Positions 41,996 through 50,947 of a stretch of DNA of 64,000 bases are shown piece after piece (positions within the stretch are counted from its first letter, which is position 1; every line of letters starts with the position of its first letter). The DNA comes from a bacterium (GTDB lineage Bacteria > Hinthialibacterota > Hinthialibacteria > Hinthialibacterales > Hinthialibacteraceae). The translations under genes were made by a program, and so were the position numbers. The stretch spans positions 608,001 through 672,000 of the forward strand of contig CAXXMV010000006.1 of NCBI GenBank assembly GCA_963662285.2, given 5' to 3'. The notes below the pieces were generated by a model that saw nothing but the letters and a program-made list of their open reading frames with translations, was not told where the DNA came from and ran no database searches.

Positions 41996-42059
41996 ACGCC
42001 TCTTGCTTTTAAATGTATTTGTATAAAGGTATAATGTTATTTAAGATTGAAAAGTCAAC

Positions 42060-42164
42060 TAGAGCGATTACCTTTATAAAGTTAACCATAATGGTTATTC
42101 ATTATTTTCTGACCTATAGAGGCTAACAACCGCATTGACGTACGTTATTTTGAAAATCGCTCTA
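42060..42164. repeat. Candidate MITE with TAGAGCGATT terminal inverted repeats
   Basis: TAGAGCGATT (42060-69) ... AATCGCTCTA (42155-64); a similar end at 8266-8290. Confidence 0.45.
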
Positions 42165-42226
42165 ACCGTATAGTTTAACCGTTATAATTATTTAATAAAT
42201 CTATTCAAGAAACTGGTACAAGTAAT

Positions 42227-42895
42227 ATGTTTGGTAAAACTATTATCTCAGATTTTAAGTCATGCTTAGAAAATGATCCAGCTGCGCATGGTTTTTGGGG
42301 CGGGCTTGAAATCATATTCACTTATGCTGGTTTTCATGCCATTATTTCTCACAGATTGGCGCATTTTCTTCATGCTAAATTGCATATCCCGTTTATTCCA
42401 AGGCTGATTTCACAAATCAGCCGTTTTTTCACTGGCATTGAAATTCATCCCGGCGCTCAAATAGGCCAAGGCTTCTTTATCGATCATGGAATGGGAGTGG
42501 TTATTGGAGAAACTGCTATTATCGGAGATGGCTGCGTCCTGTTTCAGGGAGTAACCTTAGGTGGAACCGGTAAAGAATCGGGCAAACGCCATCCTACCTT
42601 AGGTGATAATGTCATGGTTAGCGCCGGAGCCAAGGTTTTGGGAAACATCACTCTGGGAGATAATGTCAAAATTGGCGCTCAATCGGTAGTTCTCAATGAT
42701 GTACCTGCTGATTGTACAGTAGTTGGCGTTCCTGGAAGGATTGTTATCAGGGAAGGGCAGAAAGTCAAAAAGAAAGGCGTCGACCTGGATCATATCCATC
42801 TTCCCGACCCAATTATGGAAAAACTGGCTGCTCTAACCAAAGATATAGAAACTATTCACAATGAAATAAAGCAACATCATCCCGAAAATAAATAA
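42227..42895 (+). CDS. cysE: Serine O-acetyltransferase
   Basis: DPAA, TGIEIHPGA, FIDHGMGVVIGET, GVTLGGTGKESGKRHP. Confidence 0.95.
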   Translation: MFGKTIISDFKSCLENDPAAHGFWGGLEIIFTYAGFHAIISHRLAHFLHAKLHIPFIPRLISQISRFFTGIEIHPGAQIGQGFFIDHGMGVVIGETAIIGDGCVLFQGVTLGGTGKESGKRHPTLGDNVMVSAGAKVLGNITLGDNVKIGAQSVVLNDVPADCTVVGVPGRIVIREGQKVKKKGVDLDHIHLPDPIMEKLAALTKDIETIHNEIKQHHPENK

Positions 42896-42905
42896 GTTTC
42901 ACTAA

Positions 42906-43017
42906 TTGTATGTCTAACAAATAATGTCGGTTATCCAAGTCCCCTCTCCCCGCCGGGAGTGGGCTAGGGTGAGGGGGAATTGTAAATACTACCCGGCAAA
43001 ATGAGTTAGACGCACAA
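42906..43017. repeat. REP family C hairpin (CCCCTCTCCC...GGGAG..GGGTGAGGGG) bracketed by an imperfect 28-bp inverted repeat
   Basis: CCAAGTCCCCTCTCCCCGCCGGGAGTGGGCTAGGGTGAGGGGGAAT; flanks 42906-33 and 42990-43017 match 20/28 as inverted repeats. Confidence 0.7.
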
Positions 43018-43049
43018 CAAGTAGTTCTGAAAGGATTTATAGCATAACT

Positions 43050-43649
43050 GTGCGAGACCCACTTTGGATTTCTTTTCCCCGCTGGATTCAGGAGAGTGAT
43101 ATTCCCCGTCTACTTGTAGAACAGACGGGTTTGGAAGGCTGGATAGTCTTCTGTAAATTGGTTGAATTGGATTGTGAAACCAACCTGACTCCTGATTGGT
43201 TTAGTTTTACTGTAGATAAACTGGTTCATTGGACCGGGCTTCAACCAGATTTCATCAACCAGGCATTAAACGGATTAACTAATAAGGGCTGGATTGCCAG
43301 GAATAATATTGAACTGAAAGTGCAGGATGCCCGAATATCGACTCCACTGCCCATAACCATAGATGAAGATGAAATACGCCAGCGCCTGGCGGGGCAGGAA
43401 GTCGGAGGCCGGTTTGTCTTGCGTTATTTGCATAACCTGGGAATGATGGAAAAAGTCGAGCGGGTTATTTTTCTATATCAAATGATTTTCGGCGCCCGGT
43501 TCTCTCCTCGAATTGTGGACGATCTTGAAGAGATCGCCAATACTTACCCTATGGATATCATATACCAGGTTTTCCAGGAAGCTTTCCAAAAAAAAGTAAA
43601 AACTCTATCCTGGGTCAAAACCCATTTACCCGGCGCCGCTGAAGGTTAG
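43050..43649 (+). CDS. Hypothetical protein resembling DnaD/phage replisome-organiser (N-terminal winged HTH, C-terminal DnaD-like helices)
   Basis: wHTH-like L..WTGL.......ALNGL..KGWI; C-terminal YQMIFG..FSP.....LEE....YP.DII...F.EA....VKTLSWV. Confidence 0.5.
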   Translation: MRDPLWISFPRWIQESDIPRLLVEQTGLEGWIVFCKLVELDCETNLTPDWFSFTVDKLVHWTGLQPDFINQALNGLTNKGWIARNNIELKVQDARISTPLPITIDEDEIRQRLAGQEVGGRFVLRYLHNLGMMEKVERVIFLYQMIFGARFSPRIVDDLEEIANTYPMDIIYQVFQEAFQKKVKTLSWVKTHLPGAAEG

Positions 43650-43674
43650 TGCTCTTACCAATAATGTTGGGTAA

Positions 43675-43968
43675 CCAAGTCCCCTCTCCCGCCGGGAGGG
43701 ATGCTGATTTTTACCCAAAAGTTTGGCCAGAATTTATTGCTATGAATAGATCAATAAGAGTGCCAAGGGCAGCGTCCTTTCTGCCCTTGACTGAAAACCT
43801 TGGAAAAACAAAATGAATCTTGATTATTTATAATCCAATTACAGATAAATGATATGGATTTTATTCTGTCTTCAATGTGTATTGTTGATATAAACTATAG
43901 AAATACAAAGGTGAACTAAATCAAGGGCAGAAAATACACTGCCCTTGCCACCCGATGCCGGGAGAGGG
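43675..43968. repeat. Family C REP split by an inverted pair of family A REPs (REPIN)
   Basis: CCCCTCTCCC-GCCGGGAG, then a 258-bp insert containing A arms at 43760-90 and 43921-53, then GCCGGGAG-AGGG. Confidence 0.7.
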
Positions 43969-44130
43969 CGGCTGCGAGAGAATGTGTTAAATATCTGAGT
44001 TATAATAATGCGGATACGAACGTTATAATACAAACCTCTCTAAATCAATTAAAATCGGGATAGAATGTTTGAGGTATTTGTGACATTATTACATTGCAGC
44101 GTTTAACTAAAGTTGATTTGAGAAAAGATC

Positions 44131-44904
44131 ATGAAGAAATTCACTCCAATTGCATCGTCCTTAAACGATGTGGCCGATAGAATCAGTAACCTGGATCACC
44201 TTCCAGACCATGATCCCGATGCCAGCAATTGCCCGCATTGTGATGGTTATGGTCACATTATCGATGAAAATGGCAAAGCCAGGCCATGCATCTGCGTGCG
44301 TAATGAAATTATTAAATCCGGCATCGAAGAAGCGCATATTCCAAATAAATTCAAAGATGCAACCTTGGATTCTTTTGATCCCTACGAATTCATTCTCAAA
44401 CAACGTCTAACTCAAGCCCGGCAATATGTTGAGAATTATTCCACTGACAATGCAAAAGGATTATTTATCTGCGGTACCACCGGAACCGGCAAAACCCATC
44501 TGGCTATCGGTATATTGAAGGGGCTAATTGAAAAAGGTTTCGACGGTGGATTTTTCAATGTCATCGAATTGCTTGATTCGATTCGCTCCTCCTTTGATCC
44601 AAACGCAACTGCGCCGCCAAGAATAAGGTTGACTCAGGAACTTGAACGCCAGATTATCATATTGGATGATTTCGGCGTAGAAAAAACATCCACCTGGGTG
44701 GTTGACCGTCTATACGCCATCATCAACCGGCGCTACCAGGATTGCAAAACCATTATTATCACATCCAATATTCACATGGATAATATCGCGGAACGGGTGG
44801 AAAGACGCCTGGCTTCCAGAATATATGATATGTGCGATGTTCTCGATATTCAGGCGCCTGATTTCCGTCAAAAAAACAATCAGTCTCAAGGTAGGCGCAT
44901 TTAG
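44131..44904 (+). CDS. DnaC/DnaI/IstB-like AAA+ ATPase with N-terminal Zn motif
   Basis: CPHC...CIC; GTTGTGKTHLA Walker A; IILDDFG Walker B; IINRRY, TSN, SRI. Confidence 0.85.
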   Translation: MKKFTPIASSLNDVADRISNLDHLPDHDPDASNCPHCDGYGHIIDENGKARPCICVRNEIIKSGIEEAHIPNKFKDATLDSFDPYEFILKQRLTQARQYVENYSTDNAKGLFICGTTGTGKTHLAIGILKGLIEKGFDGGFFNVIELLDSIRSSFDPNATAPPRIRLTQELERQIIILDDFGVEKTSTWVVDRLYAIINRRYQDCKTIIITSNIHMDNIAERVERRLASRIYDMCDVLDIQAPDFRQKNNQSQGRRI

Positions 44905-44966
44905 CCTTTGTATTTACCATAATCCGTTAATAATTATTTACCGATTCTCAATCAAGAGGAATATTA

Positions 44967-45944
44967 ATGAACGCGAAAAATACCAGTGATTTATCATTAG
45001 GCGAAGTTCGTAAAGCGGTAATTCCCGCAGCCGGATTAGGAACCCGTTTTTTGCCTGCTACTAAAGTTCAACCTAAAGAGATGCTGCCCATCATCGATAA
45101 GCCAACTATTCAATTCGTTATTGAAGAAGTGGTTCAATCCGGCATCACTGATATCCTGATCATCACTGGTAAAGGCAAGCGAGCCATTGAAGATCATTTT
45201 GACCGTTCATGGGAACTGGAAACCTCTCTTTCCTCTTCAGGCAATCAGGAAGCCTATGAAAGCATCACTGAGATATCCAATCTGGTCAATATTCACTATA
45301 TACGTCAAAAGGGAACCAACGGTCTCGGCGACGCCATCTATTACGCCAAGCAACATGTAGCTGGAGAACCTTTTGTGGTGCTGCTCGGAGACACCATAGT
45401 AAGTTCAGAAACTCCATGCACCAAACAACTGCTTGATTTTTACCGGACATGGCGCAGCCCGGTCATTGGAGTCGAATGCGTACCGCGTGATAAAGTAGTC
45501 AATTACGGCATCATTAAAGGTCAGGCGATTGATGACCGGACCTATATAGTTAAGGATTTGATCGAAAAACCATCGGTTAAATCGGCGCCATCAACTATGG
45601 CGGTGGGTGGACGCTATGTACTTACTGCCGATATATTTGATTACCTGGAACGCACTGAACCAGGTAAAAATGGAGAAATTCAACTCACCGACGCTTTACG
45701 CCTGATGTCTCAGGATCAGCGTATCTACGCCCATGAATTCGAAGGCAAGCGGCATGATATCGGCAACCGGCTTGATTACATCAAAACTTCAGTTGAGTTT
45801 GCATTGAAGCGCGATGATTTACGTGAAGATTTTATAAAGTTTCTCCAAAATGAAGTTCCTGAATTGATTCAACCGGGTAATCTTACTAAGAGTCTTCCCC
45901 AAAAAACAAAAAGAACCACCCGCAAAAAAACCAAAGAGAAATAA
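44967..45944 (+). CDS. galU: UTP-glucose-1-phosphate uridylyltransferase
   Basis: KAVIPAAGLGTRFLPATK..PKEMLP, IEKP, GEIQLTDA. Confidence 0.95.
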   Translation: MNAKNTSDLSLGEVRKAVIPAAGLGTRFLPATKVQPKEMLPIIDKPTIQFVIEEVVQSGITDILIITGKGKRAIEDHFDRSWELETSLSSSGNQEAYESITEISNLVNIHYIRQKGTNGLGDAIYYAKQHVAGEPFVVLLGDTIVSSETPCTKQLLDFYRTWRSPVIGVECVPRDKVVNYGIIKGQAIDDRTYIVKDLIEKPSVKSAPSTMAVGGRYVLTADIFDYLERTEPGKNGEIQLTDALRLMSQDQRIYAHEFEGKRHDIGNRLDYIKTSVEFALKRDDLREDFIKFLQNEVPELIQPGNLTKSLPQKTKRTTRKKTKEK

Positions 45945-46099
45945 ATACCGCGAGTAATATATCCCGCTTATAAATGTCAAGCAACCAAGTCCCCTCTCCC
46001 CGCGGGAGTGTAAAGGCCTGGGACATGGGTAACAGGTGTTCGGGGACATAGGTAACACATTTTCTGAGTGTATTCTAGCCTTGAAAGGAGGCGAAGAAT

Positions 46100-47266
46100 A
46101 TGCCCTGGAACGAGGTGGACCTTATGTCTCTGAGAAAAGAATTCGTATTGTTGAGCCAGCAAGAAGAAAGCAACATCAGCCAATTATGTAAACGGTTTGA
46201 TATCAGCCGTAAGACGGGTTACAAATGGATCAAACGGTACAAAGAAGGAGGAGTCGAAAATCTCCAAGACCGTTCCAAAAAACCCAATACTTGCCCTCAT
46301 CAAACAGATAAGTCTATCGAGCAAGCCATTACAGAAAATCGCGAAAAAGGATGGGGAGGACGCAAAATTCGCTCTCGTCTGATTCAATTGGGATACGAAA
46401 ATGTTCCTAGCGCCAGCACTATTACTGCCGTGTTACGCCGACTGGGATTGCTGGATGAAAAGGAAAGTCACAAGCACAAAGCCTATAAGCGTTTTGAAAA
46501 AGATACGCCCAACGAATTGTGGCAAATGGATTTCAAAGGAGATTTTCCCACGCTCAAAGCACGCTGTTATCCGCTCAGCATTCTGGATGATTGCACGCGC
46601 TTTGTTCCCGGATTATTTTCGTGCGCCAATCAGCAAAGGGAAACCGTGCAAGACTCCCTGGAAAGCGTGTTCAGGATGTATGGTATGCCTCGGGCGATGT
46701 TGATGGATAACGGAAGTCCGTGGGGAGGATGCAAAACCTGCGAATACACCAGATTGACAATATGGCTGATACGATTGGGTATTCGCGTGTATCACGGTCG
46801 CCCCTACCATCCGCAAACCCAAGGCAAGGTCGAGCGATTTCACCGGACCTTTAAGCAAGAATTGCTGATAAGGGAATCGTTTGTGGATTTGGAATATTGC
46901 CAAAGGCGGTTTGATGAGTGGCGTTATGAATACAATTTTGAGCGTCCTCACGAAGCCCTGGATATGGATGTCCCGGCTAACCATTATACGTCCAGTCCTT
47001 TTGTTTATCCGGGAAGTTTGCCGGATATCGAGTACGCGCCGGGCAGCATTATCAGGAAGGTGCAACAAGGAGGTCGGGTGGCGTACCGTGGTGAAGATTA
47101 CCGGGTGAGCCGCGCCCTGGTAGGATGCCCGGTTGCCTTGAAACCCGCTATGACCGATGGGATGATGGACGTATATTTTTGCCGACAAAAAATCAAGACG
47201 CTCGATCTGCGTTTGAATGAAATCAAAGAAGATAACTTGGCAATCCAGAAAAAGGCGTCACAATAG
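46100..47266 (+). CDS. IS481-family transposase (rve integrase core)
   Basis: MPW start, ISRKTGYKW HTH, PNELWQMDFKG, DDCTR, DNGSPW, HPQTQGKVERFH, YNFERPH. Confidence 0.95.
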   Translation: MPWNEVDLMSLRKEFVLLSQQEESNISQLCKRFDISRKTGYKWIKRYKEGGVENLQDRSKKPNTCPHQTDKSIEQAITENREKGWGGRKIRSRLIQLGYENVPSASTITAVLRRLGLLDEKESHKHKAYKRFEKDTPNELWQMDFKGDFPTLKARCYPLSILDDCTRFVPGLFSCANQQRETVQDSLESVFRMYGMPRAMLMDNGSPWGGCKTCEYTRLTIWLIRLGIRVYHGRPYHPQTQGKVERFHRTFKQELLIRESFVDLEYCQRRFDEWRYEYNFERPHEALDMDVPANHYTSSPFVYPGSLPDIEYAPGSIIRKVQQGGRVAYRGEDYRVSRALVGCPVALKPAMTDGMMDVYFCRQKIKTLDLRLNEIKEDNLAIQKKASQ

Positions 47267-47267
47267 A

Positions 47268-47391
47268 AATTGGTTGGGCGAAACGGAAGCGGGCGCTGCA
47301 GGAGTGCAACCCGCCAGGGATAGCCGATCCGAGGTGCGAGGGATAATGCAGGAGGTGAAATATTCACCTCCTCCCTCTAAGCCAACCAATT
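47268..47391. ncRNA. Candidate structured RNA in the IS481 3' non-coding region
   Basis: Perfect 10-bp closing stem AATTGGTTGG/CCAACCAATT enclosing two hairpins; not assigned to any family. Confidence 0.5.
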
Positions 47392-47572
47392 ATCCTGAGC
47401 ATCTCTAGATGCCTAAAAAAAAACTCAAACAATAACCTGGGATAAATCCCGGTTTTGATAAAAAACTGTAACCCATGTCCCCGAACATGTGTTACCCATC
47501 TACCCGGTCTGTACAGGGAGAGGGTCAGGGTGAGGGGGGAATCTCCCAACACCCTAACTAATCAATCATCTA

Positions 47573-48823
47573 TCACTTTAGGTTAATGTATTCTGTTCCA
47601 GATTTTACATTATCATTCCGCCAAAAGTCGGCATGATATTCGCCGCCGTCCGAGTTCCATATTTTTGATACGATATCGATATCTCCATCACCGTCCACAT
47701 CGCCGATCTGGGCTTCATGCCATCCGGGGTTATCAATATGGAATACAACTGGTTTAAAGACTGGTTCTTTTTTTGTTCCGGTGTTTTCCCAGATGACTCC
47801 GCGTTCTTTCATGCCTGGAGGGCGCATGGGCAGTTTCCCGCTGCTCATCATATATGTGTCGGGATCTTCCTGTTCACCGCCAAAGATATCCAAATCTCCA
47901 TCACCGTCAAAATCAGCCACGCCCAACGAATGAAATGATCCAGTACCTTCAACATCGCCTTGCGCTACGGGTGGGTCGGATAATTTATGTTGTTTCCATA
48001 TTTGGCCTTTATCCAGATTTTCGATCCAATAGACATGCGAAAAACCTGTGTCGCAATCGCTGTATACAATGTCATTACGTCCGTCATGGTTCAGATCAAC
48101 CACCCAGCTGCGGGCGCTTGTTCCATAAGAGGCTTTAGGAATCAACACATGGGGCCACTGGTGCTGGTTCCATGTACCAACGCCCTGTCCCGGATTTTCG
48201 TACCACAGTCCAGGTAACACTACGTCAGCGTCACCATCGCCATCCAGATCGCCGATGCCGTTCGGGGCGTCGCCGCCATGAAAATCGTGGTCTTCGCAAA
48301 TGCGGTGTTTTTCTAAATTATTGGCCGTATCGAACCAAAAGACGCCTATATCGGCTACTATATCTTTTTTTCCATCGCCATTGATATCGGCGGCTACAAT
48401 GTCGTGCTTGCCGCCATCATAAGAATTTCCGGGCCAGGGCGTATCCGGTTTTTCTTTAAGATTGCCGGGATTTTTGAACCAGACATAGTTCATGGCTACA
48501 TCCAGCCAGCCATCATGGTCTATATCCAATACTGCCGCACCGAGACATTTATCCAGGGTTTTTGCGCTGCCCATAGTATGCTGAATCCATTTATTATCAG
48601 TCACCCGTTCATACCAGTACGCAGTAGCAACCGTGCGCCGGGATAGAGCAATATCCAAATCGCCGTCGCCATCAAAGTCAGCCAGCACCGGCCCGGATGT
48701 ACCCCATTTTTCACCCGGCAAAGGTTTGGCGATAGTGAAATGAGTCCACTGTGATACATCAGCTATTGAGTTAATAGAAAAAACTAAAATGAAAGAGAGA
48801 ATTGATAATAAGCGCATCTTCAT
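47573..48823 (-). CDS. Secreted FG-GAP/VCBS repeat protein
   Basis: Signal peptide; repeated D.DGDGD.D motifs followed by W(Y/F)EN. Confidence 0.85.
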   Translation of the reverse strand: MKMRLLSILSFILVFSINSIADVSQWTHFTIAKPLPGEKWGTSGPVLADFDGDGDLDIALSRRTVATAYWYERVTDNKWIQHTMGSAKTLDKCLGAAVLDIDHDGWLDVAMNYVWFKNPGNLKEKPDTPWPGNSYDGGKHDIVAADINGDGKKDIVADIGVFWFDTANNLEKHRICEDHDFHGGDAPNGIGDLDGDGDADVVLPGLWYENPGQGVGTWNQHQWPHVLIPKASYGTSARSWVVDLNHDGRNDIVYSDCDTGFSHVYWIENLDKGQIWKQHKLSDPPVAQGDVEGTGSFHSLGVADFDGDGDLDIFGGEQEDPDTYMMSSGKLPMRPPGMKERGVIWENTGTKKEPVFKPVVFHIDNPGWHEAQIGDVDGDGDIDIVSKIWNSDGGEYHADFWRNDNVKSGTEYINLK

Positions 48824-48981
48824 TGATTTCGCTCCAATTTGGTTAGATTATACGAATTTATTTATAAATATTGGCATAAATGGAATAACAATGCTACCTC
48901 ATGGAAATGTTATTGATCGAGATGATTGTTATGGTTCTGTTGTTCTTATTGGTAAAGGTCTTTGGGTTATCGTAGATTTAG

Positions 48982-49014
48982 TCAAGGGTAGAAAGGACAC
49001 TACCCTTGGCACCC
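48982..49014 (-). repeat. REP family A copy
   Basis: Minus strand GGGTGCCAAGGGTAGTGTCCTTTCTACCCTTGA. Confidence 0.85.
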
Positions 49015-49080
49015 GTATTTGGCGCCCGCAAGGGGCTGTAGGTGTTAGGGGGGATTTACATGACCAATTGGAAAAGTTAG

Positions 49081-50832
49081 TTAATTAATCTCCACTACCT
49101 TCCCATTTGATTCCATCGTAAATAAATGTGCATCTGGATCAATCATAAGACTCACGCCCCGGTATGGATACGCCTTTTCTGGCCGATAGGTTTCAAAGAA
49201 GGGACTGACTGCGATAGTGAATATCTCTCCCAGGCGATTATATACATACAGTCCACGTCCACGCGGATCAAGTTCCAGGTCTATAGCCATATCCAGGTTA
49301 GTCCAATAAGGCAGCAATGATTTAGCCACTGGCGGCGACTGGTGCGGTATGGAGGGCGATCCGCTGATTTGGTTAGAATGAACCGCGCCATACTGATCCA
49401 GCAGGTAATAACCATTTCCGAATGGTTCCAGTTCCATATCTACGATGGCTGGAATCTTAAACTGTAATTTATTGCTATCAGGAAAGATTTTGGGCTTCTT
49501 ACCTGCAATAATCATCTCGCCATAATTATTGATGATGAAAGCGGCTGAGTTATCAGGTAGAAACTCTATATCTACCGTATGATTATGACCTTCAGGAAAC
49601 GCTGCTATGTTTTCAAGAATTTCCAGCGGCTCAGAGGTCAGTATCTCACCGTTAGTTCGCAGAACTACATAGACTCCATCAACTATTTCCAGATCAATCG
49701 CGTCATTGAAATCTTCAGCTGGAGTCCAGTCGCGCCACAGATATCTTTCGTGGATGATATAAACTCTTCCCCAGCGGTCAAGCGAGTAAAAAGTTTTTGT
49801 TTCGACATCCATCTCCGCGTCCACCCAGACGCGGCTATTTTTTGCGTAATCGGGTCTAGTCTCCGGCATGTCCCACATGAATTCGTAATGCCATAGTTTT
49901 TTGAATAGATCAATATGTTTTGTGGGATAATCGCCAGCTGGAGGCAGGGCGTGGGCGCATAATCTGGGGTCGTTCTTGCGCATCGCCTGATAAGCCATGC
50001 GGTAGCGCATAAAAAACGGCCAATTCAAAAACTTGGGAATATCGCCTTTCACCAAAAGTCGGTCGTATACAAGGTTGTAATTATAAGCGGCTTGATATGG
50101 TTTGCGTTCAGCTCTAGCGATATCCTGGGGGGCGTCATACTTAAAGGGAGTCCACGCCCGTTCCAATCGACCCGCCTGATACCATAAACTCCATGTCTTA
50201 AAATTACCGCCCCAGACGCTCAGCGTTGTGAATCCCAGAATCAATAGTAATGGTATATGGCGCCTGCCCCGTTTCATCTGAGGCATTGATCTGGCAATAA
50301 TCGTTATGCATCCAATAACGGGAAGAACCATAAGCGAAGGAATAATTGAAGAATCCAGCAATGGCGCTTCTTGCCATAATTCAGTATGGGATATGAGTGA
50401 AGCAAGCCCTGCAACCATAAAACCAAAAAACGTTACTATCCAAATAGTCAACAAAAACACTGGATAAGCCCCGCAGGGACATAACTGAACCTTTGGGCGG
50501 TAGATAATCCCTATCAGCAGCAGCATAGGGAAGAGAACCGTCAACCAACCCAGTGAGTCTCCATAGCCGCGCAAAAAACCTAGCCATCCAATTGCATAAG
50601 GTATAGCGCATAACATGGCGGTTAGTAATGTATGGCTTTGTTCCGTCAGCTCCAGGCGCTGGTCATTTAATGCCCGCAGGCTGAGGTAAACGGTTAGAGC
50701 AAGTAGGATCAAATCTTCCTGGAAGGTGGTCTGGAATTGCGGAAGACAAAAAACTGTCAATGGCAGAACTACCGGAATCCACCGGGAGGCCTGTTTCCAA
50801 TCCACTTTTTCCATAAGATTTCCTGAAGCCAT
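49081..50832 (-). CDS. Polytopic membrane protein with C-terminal beta-propeller-like repeats
   Basis: About 7 hydrophobic segments; repeats D(L/I/M)E....G.YLLD.YG.(V/I). Confidence 0.65.
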   Translation of the reverse strand: MASGNLMEKVDWKQASRWIPVVLPLTVFCLPQFQTTFQEDLILLALTVYLSLRALNDQRLELTEQSHTLLTAMLCAIPYAIGWLGFLRGYGDSLGWLTVLFPMLLLIGIIYRPKVQLCPCGAYPVFLLTIWIVTFFGFMVAGLASLISHTELWQEAPLLDSSIIPSLMVLPVIGCITIIARSMPQMKRGRRHIPLLLILGFTTLSVWGGNFKTWSLWYQAGRLERAWTPFKYDAPQDIARAERKPYQAAYNYNLVYDRLLVKGDIPKFLNWPFFMRYRMAYQAMRKNDPRLCAHALPPAGDYPTKHIDLFKKLWHYEFMWDMPETRPDYAKNSRVWVDAEMDVETKTFYSLDRWGRVYIIHERYLWRDWTPAEDFNDAIDLEIVDGVYVVLRTNGEILTSEPLEILENIAAFPEGHNHTVDIEFLPDNSAAFIINNYGEMIIAGKKPKIFPDSNKLQFKIPAIVDMELEPFGNGYYLLDQYGAVHSNQISGSPSIPHQSPPVAKSLLPYWTNLDMAIDLELDPRGRGLYVYNRLGEIFTIAVSPFFETYRPEKAYPYRGVSLMIDPDAHLFTMESNGKVVEIN

Positions 50833-50947
50833 TACTAAAACCTTTCACCATGCTTTATCTGAATTATGTACAATCATACCTTCTTGATAAAGGAGAGGAT
50901 AACGCTATTGGACTTTTTCCTTACAATAATGATTCTAAAATAGTCCT

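Larger units (their letters stand above)
46009..47515 (+). mobile_element. IS481-family insertion sequence, 1507 bp, with 5-bp target duplication GGGAG
   Basis: TGT...ACA ends; 49-bp imperfect TIRs (40/49) each with tandem GGGACAT(G/A)GGT(A/T)ACA-like units; GGGAG at 46004-08 and 47516-20. Confidence 0.93.

Noticed and set aside
44131-44904. IstB of an IS21 element
   Set aside because: No istA transposase or IS21 termini adjacent; the N-terminal Zn motif and upstream DnaD-like gene fit a helicase loader better.
43050-44904. Intact prophage
   Set aside because: No integrase, repressor, structural or lysis genes; flanked by cysE and galU.
47268-47391. HDV-like ribozyme or tRNA
   Set aside because: Short look-alike words (GGCGAA, CCCTCGC) occur, but I could not build the nested double pseudoknot or a cloverleaf by eye.
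47217-47408. 63-aa ORF as an IS passenger gene
   Set aside because: Overlaps the transposase end, has no recognisable motif, and coincides with the structured region.
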